Assembly: GCA_964016885.1 (NCBI GenBank) | Contig: OZ024750.1 | Location: 26,226,001-26,290,000 of the forward strand | Length of the DNA stretch: 64,000 bases | Source: Eledone cirrhosa | Lineage: Eukaryota | Direction: 5' to 3' | Shown: one piece after another, positions 44,745 to 59,859 of the stretch | Layout of the letters: every line of letters starts with the position of its first letter | How positions within the stretch are numbered: the stretch's first letter is position 1 | Translations under genes and position numbers: made by a program | Notes under the pieces: generated by a model | Seen by the model: only the letters and a program-made list of their open reading frames with translations | What the model was told of the DNA's origin: nothing | The model's database searches: none

Positions 44745-45541
44745 AATAAGTCCCTCATCAGTGATCTGCCGAAGATCATAGATATTTCATTGCATTAAAA
44801 ATCATATATCTCACTTCGGTGCAATAATAACCAAAATAAGTTATTAGGACAATTAAAACGCGTAAAGCGAGTGAGACAGGAGAACAACAGAAAAATTAGC
44901 ATACCTTAGGGGAGAAACAAGCTTCAAAAATTATTCGTTTAGCATAAGCTAGGTGAATATATGAGAGCTGAGAGAATAGAACCAACACAAACGAAGGCCA
45001 TTGAGCAGAGAGAGAAAAAATAGCGTTCGTGAGTGCAGGATGAAATGAAGAGAAGAGGGAGAAAAACAGTGAGTGAGTGAAAGTGTGAGGAAGAGTTAAC
45101 GGACAAGACAGAGGGGGAGAAACAAAGAGAATGGGGGAACAGTAAGAGAGAGAGAAAAAAACACAGAATCGCAGTGGTAAATATATGTATTAAAATATAG
45201 AGAAAAATACTGCAATATATATATATATATATATATAATTATATATATATATATATATATATATAGATAATTGGAAATCAGTAAAATCGAATTTCTGGCG
45301 GTTTGCAAGTAAATTTGGTCTACTTATATGAAATGATGAGTTAGCAAAGCACTCGATAAGATAGGATCTCAGAGTAATAACATACGTTTAAATAGCTTGA
45401 CAAATCGAACATTGTGGTAGGCGAAACTAACACACAATACATACCAAGGTAACGATAGAACTAATCAGGTTGAGAATAGTACTAATCAGGACGCCGCCGA
45501 TCCGTCGTCCGTCTTCCAAGTTAGTTTTACTTGTAGACGGC

Positions 45542-45600
<59 letters not shown>

Positions 45601-46240
45601 TAAATTTAGTCCTTCATCAGTGATCTTCCAGCCCTCATTGATATTTCATCGCTTTAAAGACCATATACCTCTGGTTGGTGCGAGCAACGGCTAAAGAAAG
45701 TCGTTGGGACACGTAAATAGGGGGAACGAGCGAGACAGTAAACATACAAATAAGTAATGCAACGAAAAGTGTGGAAGAAGGAGTGAAGTCCCTGAAATCG
45801 ATGAACATAAGTTCTGTGAAATCGTAGACGAGAGAGAATAAAGACCATCCGACCTGATCGAAAAGTGAGTGAGGAAAGAATTTCGCACAGGTCAAACGGG
45901 AGGAAGTAGGAGAGGGAGTAGCAGAGAGTGAGTGAGTGAAAGTGTGTGGAAGAGGCTAACAGAGAAGGAGACTGGCAGAGGGGGTAAAAGGAAAGGAGAG
46001 ATATAGAGAAAGGGGAAGCAGTAAGAAAGAAACAGACGGGTCACAGCGGAGGAAAATATATAAATATATGAAAAATATGCAACATGGCGTGCTGCGTGGT
46101 TGCAAACGGGATACATATGAATAAATTTAGTTCTTCATCTGTGATCTTCCAGCCTTCATTGGTATTTCATCGCTTTAAAGACAATATACCTCTGGTTGGT
46201 GCGAGCAACGGCTAAAGAAAGTCGTTGGGACACGAGAGAG
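44745..46240 (+). repeat. Repeat family, several diverged or partial copies (~44745, ~45598, ~46118; also ~63480)
   Basis: Shared cttcatcagtgatct..tttcatcgctttaa..ggttggtgcga.caacggctaaa..gtcgttgggacacg. Confidence 0.7.
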
Positions 46241-46241
46241 A

Positions 46242-46318
<77 letters not shown>

Positions 46319-46401
46319 AAGTTATATTTAAAATTGTTGGGTTACAACTAGTAAATATTTATAACTGATATAAAAGCACTCGACAAATACTTGGAGTATA
46401 T

Positions 46402-46772
46402 TTACAATATTAAATAAATGGAAAACTATATTTATAAAACCATAATTTATTTCATTATATATATTTCGGGGATATCATATTAACAATATGCTATGCCTTC
46501 ATCAGACAAAATACAATATAAACAGTTTTATAGATAAATATATTCGACATACCGTAATAAACATCAACTTCATTTGAAGAGGTTTACTGCTAGAGTAAAC
46601 CTCTTCAAATGAAGTTGATGTTTATTACGGTATGTCGAATATATTTATCTATAAAACTGTTTATATTGTATTTTGTCTGATGAAGGCATAGCATATTGTT
46701 AATATGATATCCCCGAAATATATATAATGAAATAAATATGGTTTTATAAATATAGTTTTCCATTTATTTAAT

Positions 46773-46778
<6 letters not shown>
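46402..46778. repeat. Palindrome (~187-bp arms, 5-nt loop at 46589-46593) flanked by (TA)n
   Basis: ggtttact-gctag-agtaaacc apex; arms nearly identical. Confidence 0.9.
46669..46734 (+). ncRNA. Hammerhead motif (mirror copy 46448-46513 -)
   Basis: tattttgt CUGAUGA aggcatagcatatt-gtt-aatatgatatcccc GAAA tatata UA atgaaata. Confidence 0.7.
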
Positions 46779-46813
<35 letters not shown>

Positions 46814-46834
46814 CATATATATATATATATATAC

Positions 46835-47590
46835 ATATTCGATTTTTTATATAGTTAATTATGCTAATTGGGAGAGGAAATAGTATATATTTTATCTTGT
46901 GATTCTATAGACATGTTTTATGATATATAGCTCTGATTGTTTAATTTATTAATTTTTCATTGAGCCAAAAAGTGACCAGTTGCAAAACACGTATATGTAT
47001 GTGTATGTATATATATATGTAAACTTTTATATGTAATAATCTCCCACTAGGTTGAGATACAAATTTGGCTGTATTGTGCTGTGCTTTCTAGCAAAAATGC
47101 CACCAGTCGTAAGCAACTACCACACCCCTTCCAACTTGACTGCGACTACGTCACGATTTTTAGCCATTTTGAAATGAATTCTTGGCGCGATCGTTTTGGA
47201 AAATTTAATGTCTAGATATGAGCGAGCTTCCTGAAGAATCCGGCGCTCGAGTTTATCTAATTATTACATAATTATTGGAAAACTCCAAACACGGACGAAA
47301 CCATGGTAGAGGTTTTAAGTGTATTCTATTTTCTCCTAGTTTATTTTAAACCTAATTCTGCTTAGTTGACTGTATCTAGGCGATTACGCTGTCGAAATAT
47401 TCGATAAATATTCCACTACGGCCGACGCGAAGCGCTAGATTTGGTTATTTTTTGGAGATTCCTTCATAGAAGCCTCATTCTTATAGCCTGGTCTATTCGA
47501 TTTTTTATATAGTTAATTATGCTAATTGGGAAATGAAATAGTATATATTTTATCTTGTGATTCTATAGACATGTTTTATGATATATATAT
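46835..47590 (+). mobile_element. ORF-less partial-tandem (pLTR-like) element in (TA)n
   Basis: ~95-bp direct repeat at ~46835-46930 and ~47494-47590, with a hammerhead motif between them. Confidence 0.7.
47225..47314 (+). ncRNA. Hammerhead motif
   Basis: agcttc CUGAAGA atccg..gagttt...aaactc..cggac GAAA ccatgg UA gaggtt. Confidence 0.75.
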
Positions 47591-47673
47591 ATGCGTACAC
47601 ACACACGCACACATACACACACACACACACGCATACACGCACACACACACACACGCGGACACACACACATACA

Positions 47674-47718
<45 letters not shown>

Positions 47719-48949
47719 CCACCCACCCATACACACACACACATACACACACACACACACTTACTTCAATCTAGATTCTCACTTGTACATTTTTTAATTT
47801 TTAATTTTTGATTCCTGATTTTTCATTTTTCATTTTTTGTTTTAATTTCCAACTCTCATTCATAATTTCCACTGTGAAACCATAATACCTAGAATTAAGT
47901 ATGTTTTCTCTTAGAGGTTGATGGTCAATTCTACTGTCCATCCTTAATGTAGGGTAGTATTGAGACCTATTGATACGCACACTCTCCCAACCCCACTAGC
48001 TTTTGGTGGACTGCCACTGACAGGGTGGATAGCAGTAAACTATATATTACAGGCCTGAATAGGTCATTGTTTGGTTGAGAGGGGGAACGGCCTGGGCGAA
48101 TTTCGTTGAAATTTGAGGTAGCTGATGGTCAACTTCCTTCGGATCTGCGCCTTCGCAGACCGGTGGGGGTAAATTGGTACTCACAAGGGAAACGGACGAA
48201 GAACCCAAGAATACACACATCGTCCGTCCCCATGTCGATTCAATTTGAATTGCCTCGGAAACATGACCTTATTATTTAACAAGCTGTCTGACGATGTCGC
48301 GGCACTGGCGCACGGAATAGTCTGTCCACTGTCGCCATTGAAATATGTATCACAGCGTTATTATTAAAGGACTTTAACATCTGAATCTACTTATTCGATA
48401 TTTACTCCGTCACTCCTATGTGGAATAAGAACGTTGAATGCTTCAATTGAATTACATCAATATTTACCTTGCAGACACTGATATTTCTGGGTATCACCCT
48501 TCATCAGCAAAGCCCAATATTCTCCTGCAAAACCGTCAGAGCCAGTGAAAAGATATGCTATACTTATATATACACACTGACGCAACGGCCTGATTTGCAT
48601 ATTAGCGGACTGGCTGATCAGTCAGATCTACATATTAGCCAGAGTTGCATATCAGCAGGCTGGCCAGTCAGTTTCCTGTATACGAGCGATAAATGGCGAC
48701 TTTGCCAAATTTAAATAAAAGAGACAATTTATATATACAAATATATACACAACAAAGCCTGCAGCTCCATTTTCCTTCGCTGTCTTCTCTCCCTCTCTCT
48801 CTGTCCCTCTTTCAATCTACTCTCTTACCACCACAATCTTTTTCTCTCTATCATTCACTCTCTCTTGTGTGTGTGGATGTATGGTGGGTGCAGGTGTGCG
48901 TGTGTGTGTAAATATGATGTTTAATATAGAAATCTTATATATATTTCAG

Positions 48950-49084
48950 AATGTCGAATAGCAAAGTTTGGTGTTAATTGTAAAGGGACATGCCATTGTA
49001 TCAACAACACAAACTGTGACAAGCGAAATGGAAGATGTTCAGATGGATGTACTGTAGGTCATACTGGTGACAATTGCCAAGAAG
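48950..49084 (+). CDS. EGF-like exon
   Basis: tttcag|...|gtatat; 135 nt, phase 1-1; CRIAKFGVNCKGTCHCINNTNCDKRNGRCSDGCTVGHTGDNCQE. Confidence 0.9.
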
Positions 49085-49255
49085 GTATATCATAAACTTG
49101 TTACATAATTACTATAATTACTATATACACACACACACACATATATATGTGTATGTGTGTGTTTGTGTATGTGTGTGTGTGGGGGGGGGGGGTATGTGCA
49201 TGAGTTTGTGTGAGTAAATATGATGTTTAATATAGAAATCTTATATATATTTCAG

Positions 49256-49387
49256 ATTGCCCAGTAGGATGGTTTGGTGTTAATTGTAAAGGGACATGCC
49301 ATTGTAACGACAACATTAACTGTGACATCCTTAATGGAAGATGTTCAGATGGATGTACTTCAGGTTATATTGGTGACAATTGCCAAG
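49256..49387 (+). CDS. EGF-like exon
   Basis: tttcag|...|gtacat; 132 nt, phase 1-1; CPVGWFGVNCKGTCHCNDNINCDILNGRCSDGCTSGYIGDNCQ. Confidence 0.85.
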
Positions 49388-49925
49388 GTACATCAGAAAC
49401 TTGTTACATAATTACTATAATTACTATATACACACACAGATATATGTGTATGCGTGGGCGTTTGTGTGTGTTGGTATGTGGTGGGTGAAGGTTTGTGCAT
49501 GCATGTGTTTGTGTGTGTGTGTAAATATGATGTTTTTACTATACACACGTATTTACTATACACACACACACACACAACACACACACTTACACACATACAC
49601 TCACACATACACACACATGCACACACTCATACGCACACACACACACACACTCACACATATATATGTATATGTCTGCATATGTATGTGTGTGTTTGTGCAT
49701 GTGTGTGGAAATATGATGTTTAATATAGAAATAGCTTCTACAGGGCTAGAATAGATCCATCCAAAGAAATCATCAGGAAACGGCTTTCCTGGTGATTACT
49801 TTTGAATGAAATAGCTCTAATAGTCGTTTCCTGATGATTTCTTTGGATGGATCTATTCTAGCCCTGTAGAAGCGATTTCTATATTAAACATCATATTTCC
49901 ACACACACACACACACCCACACACC

Positions 49926-50025
<100 letters not shown>

Positions 50026-50091
50026 TATATGAAAGATGTAGAATAAGAAAATTTTAAACATCAAAAATCAACTTACTTACTAAAATTTTCA

Positions 50092-50171
50092 CTCCAACTA
50101 ATTAGTTTCTGTATGGGGATAAATATAGTTACATAATATAACTATAGAGAATTCCATACGTCATCAGGGAG
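50092..50171 (-). ncRNA. Hammerhead motif
   Basis: ctcc CUGAUGA cgtatgg...ccataca GAAA ctaattag UU ggag; lies in an element with inverted ends (~50030-50082 and ~50620-50672). Confidence 0.75.
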
Positions 50172-50779
50172 CCTATTCTCAGCTAAGTTCCCAGGCGATG
50201 CGCGGACACTAGGAACCCATATAAAAATAATAATAATTCAGTGGATGGAACAAAGCTAGCGAGGACTAAATTCACTGCCTCTGGTCAGTGGCAGGTTCTA
50301 AAGAATCAATCACGTGACACTGAGGTTAATCAGTTAGGAGCGGAGTGGTATTATGACAAGAGCCTACTACTACCATGAATCAGCAGTAAATTTTGGCAAG
50401 TTTTGCTCTACAAATAATTTGGAGATAAATATAGAGAATTAGTATATTTACCAACATATGTGTACAGATGTTCACCTATGCTAGCAAATATATGTTATGT
50501 CTTAGTACCTTTGTGGTTCTATGCAGTAAATATGGTTTTATAAATATAGTTTCCATTTATCATTATCTTGGAATATTTACTCCAGTAAATTTTTGAGTGT
50601 TCTATATCAGTTATAAACAGTAAGTAAGTTGATTTTTGATTTTTAAAATTTTCCTATTCTACGTATTTCATATAATTGTTCTGCATCCCCCTGCATAGAA
50701 CCACAAAGGTACTAAGACATAACATATATATTTGCTAGCATAGGTGAACATCTGTACACATATGTTGGTAAATATACTA

Positions 50780-52075
<1,296 letters not shown>

Positions 52076-52205
52076 GTGTTGTATTTAATTTGTTGGAATT
52101 CCGACAAACATATATGTTTATAACTGATATAGAACACTCAAAAATTTACTGGAGTAAATATTCCAAGATAATGATAAATGGAAACTATATTTATAAAACC
52201 ATATT

Positions 52206-52270
52206 TACTTTATTATATAACTTTCAAGAGCGACCAACCAATTCTTGGTGCGCTTTCATCAGATAAAATA
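52206..52270 (-). ncRNA. Hammerhead motif
   Basis: tattttat CUGAUGA aagcg..accaa-gaa-ttggt..cgctctt GAAA gttata UA ataaagta; flank related to ~46400-46445. Confidence 0.65.
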
Positions 52271-53272
52271 CAAAATTAGTTTTATAAATAATGACATACC
52301 CATGGAAATCACACCTTATCGGTCCGAAATTCGCTGGATAGTGGAAACTTATTAGGGGTAATTCAAAGTTATGTGTGAATATGCAAATGAATGTATGAAA
52401 AAGTGAAAAAACAACCGTTTATTTCAATTACGCTGTGGGAGGATGAGAAGAAAGAGCGAAAAAATTACTGTTATATACAGAAATAGAGAGAAGAGAGAAA
52501 TTTAACAGAGGATGAACTTATATAACGTAAATAAGTCTTAAGTTTATATTAAAGTTACGTATATTTAGTAATTATTTTGTTGTTAGAATTCTAATATAAT
52601 ACAATATAATATATTAGTTTTATAGGTATAAATAAAAATAGATATATATAAAAAATAGATATATAGAAAAATAATAGTAATTGCGAAATAAATAGAAAAA
52701 GAAAATCAATAAAAACCTCTTACTACCAATTCGTCAGTTGGTAGTAAGAGGTTAAAGGTTCGATTTGCACTTGTAGTGCGAAAACCTTTCTTTGAAACTG
52801 GCTTTTTTAACTACGAACTGGATCACAATAAGCAATTTTCTGCTTCCCTAACTATATATATATATATATATATCAAGACAAGCAGAACAAGTAAAATTCA
52901 ACCAATTTTTCAAAATAAATCAAAATTAATATACAATTAAAATTAATCAAAATTAAAAAATATAATATAAATATTTACCTATTCAAATGGCCCTAACTGT
53001 ACAGTTTCACGGTGGAAAACATTAAATATCACCAGGATATTAATGGAAATTTGGATAGGTAAATATTTATATTATATATTTTAATTTTGATTAATTTTAA
53101 TTGTATATTAATTTTGATTTATTTTGAAAAATTGGTTGAATTTTACTTGTTCTGCTTATCTTGATATTATGTTCTGGTATATCAAATTATTACCATAGAA
53201 CCACCTTAAATCATAGACACACTATATATTTCCGGGGTACATTGTACCCTCAGATGTATATTAATCTTTTTC

Positions 53273-53304
<32 letters not shown>

Positions 53305-53309
53305 CTTAA

Positions 53310-56300
53310 AAGTTAATATAGGGACGATATTTTATTTACGGTTGTTAAACACAACAATATAGAACTAAATAGGGTAAAGAAAAATATTGAATTCTTTAAA
53401 AATTACGACCTTAAACTAGAGGTAGAAAGTTGTACCAAAATAGTTAATTTCCTTGATGTTACCTTTAACTTACACTCTGGGTTTTATTACCCTTTTCATA
53501 AGCCCAATGAAAGCTTAAATTACGTTAGTTATTACTCTAAACAACCTAAATCTGTGAAAAACGCAATTGTAAATAGTGTACAAAAACGCATAAATAGAAT
53601 ATCTGCCAATAAATCAATATTTGATAAAAAAAAGAACGATATTACAATGATGCGCTCAGAAAGACAGGTTATTAAAATAATATAGAATATATAGACAATA
53701 ATAATCCGAGTCTTAATCCTGATAAAAATAATGGCATATATAAACGAAATTCTAAAAATTCTAATAATTGTAATTCAAACACCTGTACTGTGAATAAATC
53801 GGGGAAAAGAACCAGAACTAAATCAGTTATATGGTTTGCCCCCCCCCCCCTGCTTCTGTAGCAGTAAGAACACCAATTGCTAGTCTATTTTTTAAAGCTT
53901 TAGATAGTTCATTCTCTAGTCAATATATTTAATAGACACACAATTAAATTGTCTTATTCTACAACTATAAATATGGCCCAAATCATCGCTAAACTAAACA
54001 GTATAATTCTAAACCAAAATCAACATAATGCTATTAATAATAGTGTTAATATAAATAATAATAAATCGAAATGTAATTGTAGAAATAAACCGGATTGCCC
54101 TCTGCAAAATAATTGTCTGGATAGAAATCTGGTGTATAAATGCACCGTAAAAACAAATAACAACACATACAACTACATAGGAGCAACTTCTTCGACATTT
54201 AAATCGAGATTTGCGAATCACAAATGCCCATTTTCGAATTTTAATAGGAAGTCTTCGATTCTTTATCACAACTTATATGGTCATTAAAAGACAAAAATTT
54301 AAAATACTCGAAATTTTGGACGAAGCTTTGTAATAGTAAAATATATACGAACTCATTTATATCAATTAACTGCAACCTCTGCACAAAGGAGACCCTATTA
54401 ATAATTACTAATTATGAAAACTTAACACAAAAAGTGAATTATTCTCAAACTACCTTCATAAAGCTTTGTCTACATTCCAAGCCTCACAAAAGGTCAGGAA
54501 AAAACATTAAACAATCAGGCCTTAATTTTTGACGTCTCTTCAACTATTGGGCCTAAAAAGTCATAACGGTCTATTAAACTTTAATAATGCTTTATGTTCT
54601 AATCATTTATGATAGAATTAATGTTAGAATAAACGATACTCTTTTGATAATCTTGTTTACTTGATAAATCTGCATACCTTATGATTTTTTGGATATTTAT
54701 AATTTTGATTAAGATCTTTATTTATCTGTCTCTGTTTTAAATATATACTTTGGATATTTAACTTGTAAATTTATTGATTGTAATTGAACTGTGGATCATT
54801 CATGCGTTTGCATATTTTACATATTTTACCCATTTTGAGTATGTTTTGGGGACTCAGAAAGTCAGATTTGCATTTTTTTTTTTTTTAATATATATCTAGG
54901 TATAAATATAACAAACCACAATAGTCGACAAATATTTGTCTCTCTCTCCACTGAGCTGACGGTAAAACTACAATTATAGCATTACTAATAATGATTATAA
55001 TTATTTTTTATTAAATGTATACCGTTTCATTAATACATATAATAATATCTCTATATAGTTGTACAAATATCTTTATCTAGTGTAATAACATACTCGTAGT
55101 TACATTTATAAATAATTTAGACACTCAAATGACTATATATTGTTAATATTCCCTGGAAGTTCGAATTTATATAATGATTTTTTACTTAATATAATATAAT
55201 TTAATTTAAATTATTTTATTTTAATTAAATTTAGATTACCTTCGGCTTTTTCACATATTTAGCTCCTCTTTCTATCATATTCGCTAAAATATTTTAGATA
55301 TATCTTTTGTCTACTATATTATAACTCTATTACATTTATAATATATTTTTAATATTGGGCATCTTTAAATTTCGCAAACAATTCATTTTCTTTTATTTGT
55401 ATATTTATTTTGTATCTTGGCCCTATCATTAGGACTCATATAGTTTTGACTTATATGTTTATAGTATATATCAACTAAATGAAAATAATTGATATAAAAC
55501 ATTAACTTTTTAGCAATATTTTTTAACAATATTTTTTAACTATATATATTTTTGAACAATATTTTCAGTAACTTATTTACTATATTGTATTATTGTATTA
55601 TATTATATATATTTGAAAGGTATCACCTCAATTATAAACAAATAATAAACTATAATCCTTGTATATTTTTTGATCAACACATATATATAATTAAAATTCA
55701 GACTTCTTTAAGTTTAGTTATAAGGCCGGTTGATCCTTTAGGCACTCAAACTATTTAACAATTGATTCTTTAATAATTATAACTATAATTATTTTATAAA
55801 TTATATTATATAAACTGTTGTCAATATTATAAATAATTTTGGTAAATATTACCTTTGTGAGGGTATAAAAGCATTATATATTTTCTTTCTCGTGTTACGT
55901 AAATCCTTTAAATTTGGTTTCATACAATTTGAATCTTAGAGATTAAACAAAATTATAATATGAATACAAATACCTATTAACTTTTAAAACCTAAAATATT
56001 ATTCATTACTCTGAAATAACTTAAATTAAATATTTTGAATATTAACCGCCAACTATATTAATTTGGATATATGTTGCATATATGGAAAACTGTATATAAA
56101 GTTGAACATAAATTACTCCCCTTTGTCTTTCTCTACTTTAATCATCTTTCATCTGTTTTTCTAGTCACCTACTAAATATATTATCACAACAGCTGTTTCT
56201 TTCACAATGCTTTCCTTTCCCTCCTCTTTTTTCACTAGTTTAAAAAAAATATAACTGTTAGATTGATGCCATGTATTTTTTAAGCTGTATTACACGCACA

Positions 56301-56545
56301 CTCTCTATTGTTTGTATTATGTTATCTCATGTTCTCAATATTAGGGTATAAATATTGAGTTTTGTCATATGATAATCACTAAGATGACTGAATCTTAACC
56401 TTCTACTATGTCAGGGTATGTCATGCATCATCTTATTTTATCTGATGAGGACGTACTGTTCAACTTAACTCAGTACCTCTGAAATATGTATAATAAAATA
56501 TAATTGATCACAAGAATATCTATTTTGTTAATATTTTTAATTAAT
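53310..56545 (+). mobile_element. 5'-truncated Penelope-like element (RT thumb, GIY-YIG, long AT-rich 3' region, terminal hammerhead)
   Basis: YRDD, KIVNFLDVTF, PFHKPN, IWFAPP and CNCRNKPDCPLQNNCL...LVYKC...YIGATSSTFKSRFANH; (TA)n on both sides. Assigning 54500-56545 to the element is inference. Confidence 0.8.
56434..56500 (+). ncRNA. Hammerhead motif at the Penelope 3' end
   Basis: tattttat CUGAUGA gg..gtactg...cagtac.. GAAA tatgta UA ataaaata. Confidence 0.7.
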
Positions 56546-56599
56546 ATATATATATATATATTAATTAAAAATATTAACAAAATAGATATTCTTGTGATC

Positions 56600-56707
<108 letters not shown>

Positions 56708-56758
56708 ATATATAATATATAATATATAAGATCAAAAGATGGTTAAAAGAGTTCCATG

Positions 56759-56829
56759 TATTTTATTATGCGCATTTCAAAAACAAATATCATCATGCAG
56801 TAACATTTGTGTTTTCATCAGATAAAATA
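56759..56829 (-). ncRNA. Hammerhead motif (best formed)
   Basis: tattttat CUGAUGA aaacacaaatgt...atatttgttttt GAAA tgcgca UA ataaaata; partial inverted copy at 56891-56926. Confidence 0.8.
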
Positions 56830-57072
56830 GGATATGTTGATTTAAAACTGCACTATCCACAAGTGTTTTTTAACCTTCATATCATGTCTTCCTATTTTAT
56901 CTGATGAAAACACAAATGTTATTGCACAAGTCCAGCCTCCTGTCATTTCATTATAATTATTATATATGTATATTATATTAATTATTATATATGTATATAT
57001 ATATTATATATATATATATATATATAATATATATATATATATTATATATATAATATATATATAATATATATA

Positions 57073-57120
<48 letters not shown>

Positions 57121-57265
57121 AGAGAGAGAGATAGATATATACTTACATATATATATATATAGGAACGAGTAGGTCTTACTCGTTCCTATTACCCACTCTA
57201 CTACCCTAAGTATTGAGTACTTTGGTGCGTTATGGTCCACCTGCTTGCTTAGCACATTTCTTACG

Positions 57266-57323
<58 letters not shown>

Positions 57324-57401
57324 CTTAGAGTTTAGACTCAATGGGGTCATTTACAATCATTTCAGCTCTAAGAATCGCTTCTGAGCAGTATAAATTAATA
57401 T

Positions 57402-58125
57402 TTGATGAACATTTACATGTTTTAGTTGCAATTGACTAATAAAATCGCTAGAGTGAAAATATCTTAATTCAACAACATAAAGTCTGCCTGTACGATCTAA
57501 AAAATAATAAATCAATACTCACAGACTCATATGGGCAAAAAGCCTTTGTACCTAGACACGTTTAAAATTCAAAATACAAACTTTTACCGCAGATCGGTCA
57601 GAACTTCAAACTTCAAACATGTTTCACAAAGGATAAGCTATTTATCACTGCTCCCCCAGGTGAGCTGAATTCGTAATCCCATATAAACGACTGTTATTTC
57701 TAGCACTATGTGTGGGACGTTAGAGGACTGGGATAAGCCGTGTGCAAAACCTCGTGTATTTTCGCTACGCTAACCAGACCTTAGATATTTTTCTGAGGTC
57801 GAGTTATTTAATTTTATCTGGGTACCTATTGATAAACACAGAAAAAGTTGATTAACTCCCTACTAATTAGTTAATTATTTTACTATTATACCATCCTTTG
57901 TGAAACATGTTTGAAGTTTGAAGTTCTGACCGATCTGCGGAAAAAGTTTGTATTTTGAATTTTAAACGTGTCTAGGTACCAAGGCTTTTTGCCCATATGA
58001 GTCTGTGAGTATTGATTTATTATTTTTTAGATCGTACAGGCAGACTTTATGTTGTTGAATTAAGATATTTTCACTCTAGCGATTTTATTAGTCAATTGCA
58101 ACTAAAACATGTAAATGTTCATCAA
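57402..58125. repeat. Inverted repeat, ~230-bp arms (57402-57633 and 57895-58125), between (TA)n tracts
   Basis: Direct reverse-complement match with few differences. Confidence 0.9.
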
Positions 58126-58132
58126 TTATTAA

Positions 58133-58270
<138 letters not shown>

Positions 58271-58366
58271 GTTTTCATTCTACTGACATGGCTATAAAAT
58301 TGAGGGCTGTTTGCATAATTGCAAACGAATCGAATGTTATTATTAATATTCGAAATTACATTTATA

Positions 58367-58481
<115 letters not shown>

Positions 58482-58612
58482 AATGTGATCTGAGTTTTTC
58501 GAATATTAATAACATTCTATTCGCTTGCAATTATGGAAACAAGCATCAATTTTATAGCCATGTCAGTAGAATGAACACTTCATTCTTGCTTCTGTGTTGG
58601 CATGCGAACAGA

Positions 58613-58658
58613 ACTGCAGACCCTAATGTTTCTGGGTATCACCCTTCATCAGTACAGC
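58613..58658 (-). ncRNA. Hammerhead motif (more decayed paralog 48469-48511 -)
   Basis: gctgta CUGAUGA agggt-gat-accca GAAA cattaggg UC tgcagt. Confidence 0.65.
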
Positions 58659-58985
58659 TCACTATTCTCCTGCAAAACCATCAGAGCCGGTGAAAAGATA
58701 TGCTATTTTCAAAAATACACAGTGACTCATCGGCCTGATTTGCATATTAGCAGACTGGCTGATATATACCAATATATACACAACAAAGCCTGCAGCTCCA
58801 TACTCCTTCGCTGTCTCCTCTCCCTCTCTCTATGTCCCTCTTTCAATCTACTCTCTTACAACTACTATCTCTTTCTCTCTATCTTTCACTCTCTCTTGTG
58901 TGTGGCGGTGCAGGTGTGTATGTGCATGTGTGTGTGTATGTGTGTAAATATGATGTTTAATATAGAAATCTCATATATATTTCAG

Positions 58986-59120
58986 AATGCCGAATAGGAA
59001 TGTTTGGTGTTAATTGTAATGGGACATGCCATTGTATCAACGACACAAACTGCGACAAGCGAAATGGAAGATGTTCAGATGGATGTACTGCAGGTTATAC
59101 TGGTGACAATTGCCAAGAAG
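58986..59120 (+). CDS. EGF-like exon
   Basis: tttcag|...|gtatat; 135 nt, phase 1-1; CRIGMFGVNCNGTCHCINDTNCDKRNGRCSDGCTAGYTGDNCQE. Confidence 0.9.
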
Positions 59121-59292
59121 GTATATCATAAACTTGTTACATATTTACGATAATTACAAACACACACATATATATATGTGTATGTGTGTGTTTGTGTGTT
59201 TGTGGGTGTTGCGGATGCGGGTGTGTATGTGCATGTGTTTGTGTGTGTGTGTAAATATGATGTTTAATATAGAAATCTTATATATATTTCAG

Positions 59293-59427
59293 AATGCCGA
59301 ATAGGAAAGTTTGGTGTTAATTGTAATAGGACATGCCATTGTATCAACAACAATTACTGTGATAGGCGAAATGGAAGATGTTCAATTGAATCTACTTCAG
59401 GTCATATTAGTAACAATTGCCCAGAAG
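59293..59427 (+). pseudogene. Decayed EGF pseudo-exon
   Basis: Acceptor intact, but the donor reads gaag|gg instead of gt and the 7th Cys is lost (RCSIESTSG). Confidence 0.75.
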
Positions 59428-59457
59428 GGATATAAAAAAACATGTTACGTATTTACT

Positions 59458-59531
<74 letters not shown>

Positions 59532-59736
59532 ATACACTCACACATGCACAAACTCACACACACATATATATATTTTTTTGCGTGACTATGTGTGTGTGTG
59601 TGTGCATGTGTTTGTGTGTTTGATGTTTAATATAGAAATCGCTTCTACTTAACTAGAATAGTTTCATCCAAAGAAATTATCAGGAAATAGCTTTCCTGAT
59701 GATTACGTTTGATTGAAATAATTCTAATATTTCTAA

Positions 59737-59858
<122 letters not shown>

Positions 59859-59859
59859 T

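Larger units (their letters stand above)
48469..49822 (+). repeat. Segmental duplication with 58613-59730 carrying two EGF exons
   Basis: Colinear intron and exon similarity from tgcagac to ctctaata/ttctaata. Confidence 0.85.

Noticed and set aside
44750-44800. Minus-strand GAAA tatc UA tgatct-tcggc-agatca CUGAUGA resembling a type II hammerhead (also ~45600 and ~63490)
   Set aside because: Stem II cannot form in any copy and stem I is not conserved between copies.
48284-48330. CUGACGA/CUGAUGA in the 26145/48385 repeat family
   Set aside because: GAAA is absent in both copies (ggaa, gaga) and the stems are inconsistent.
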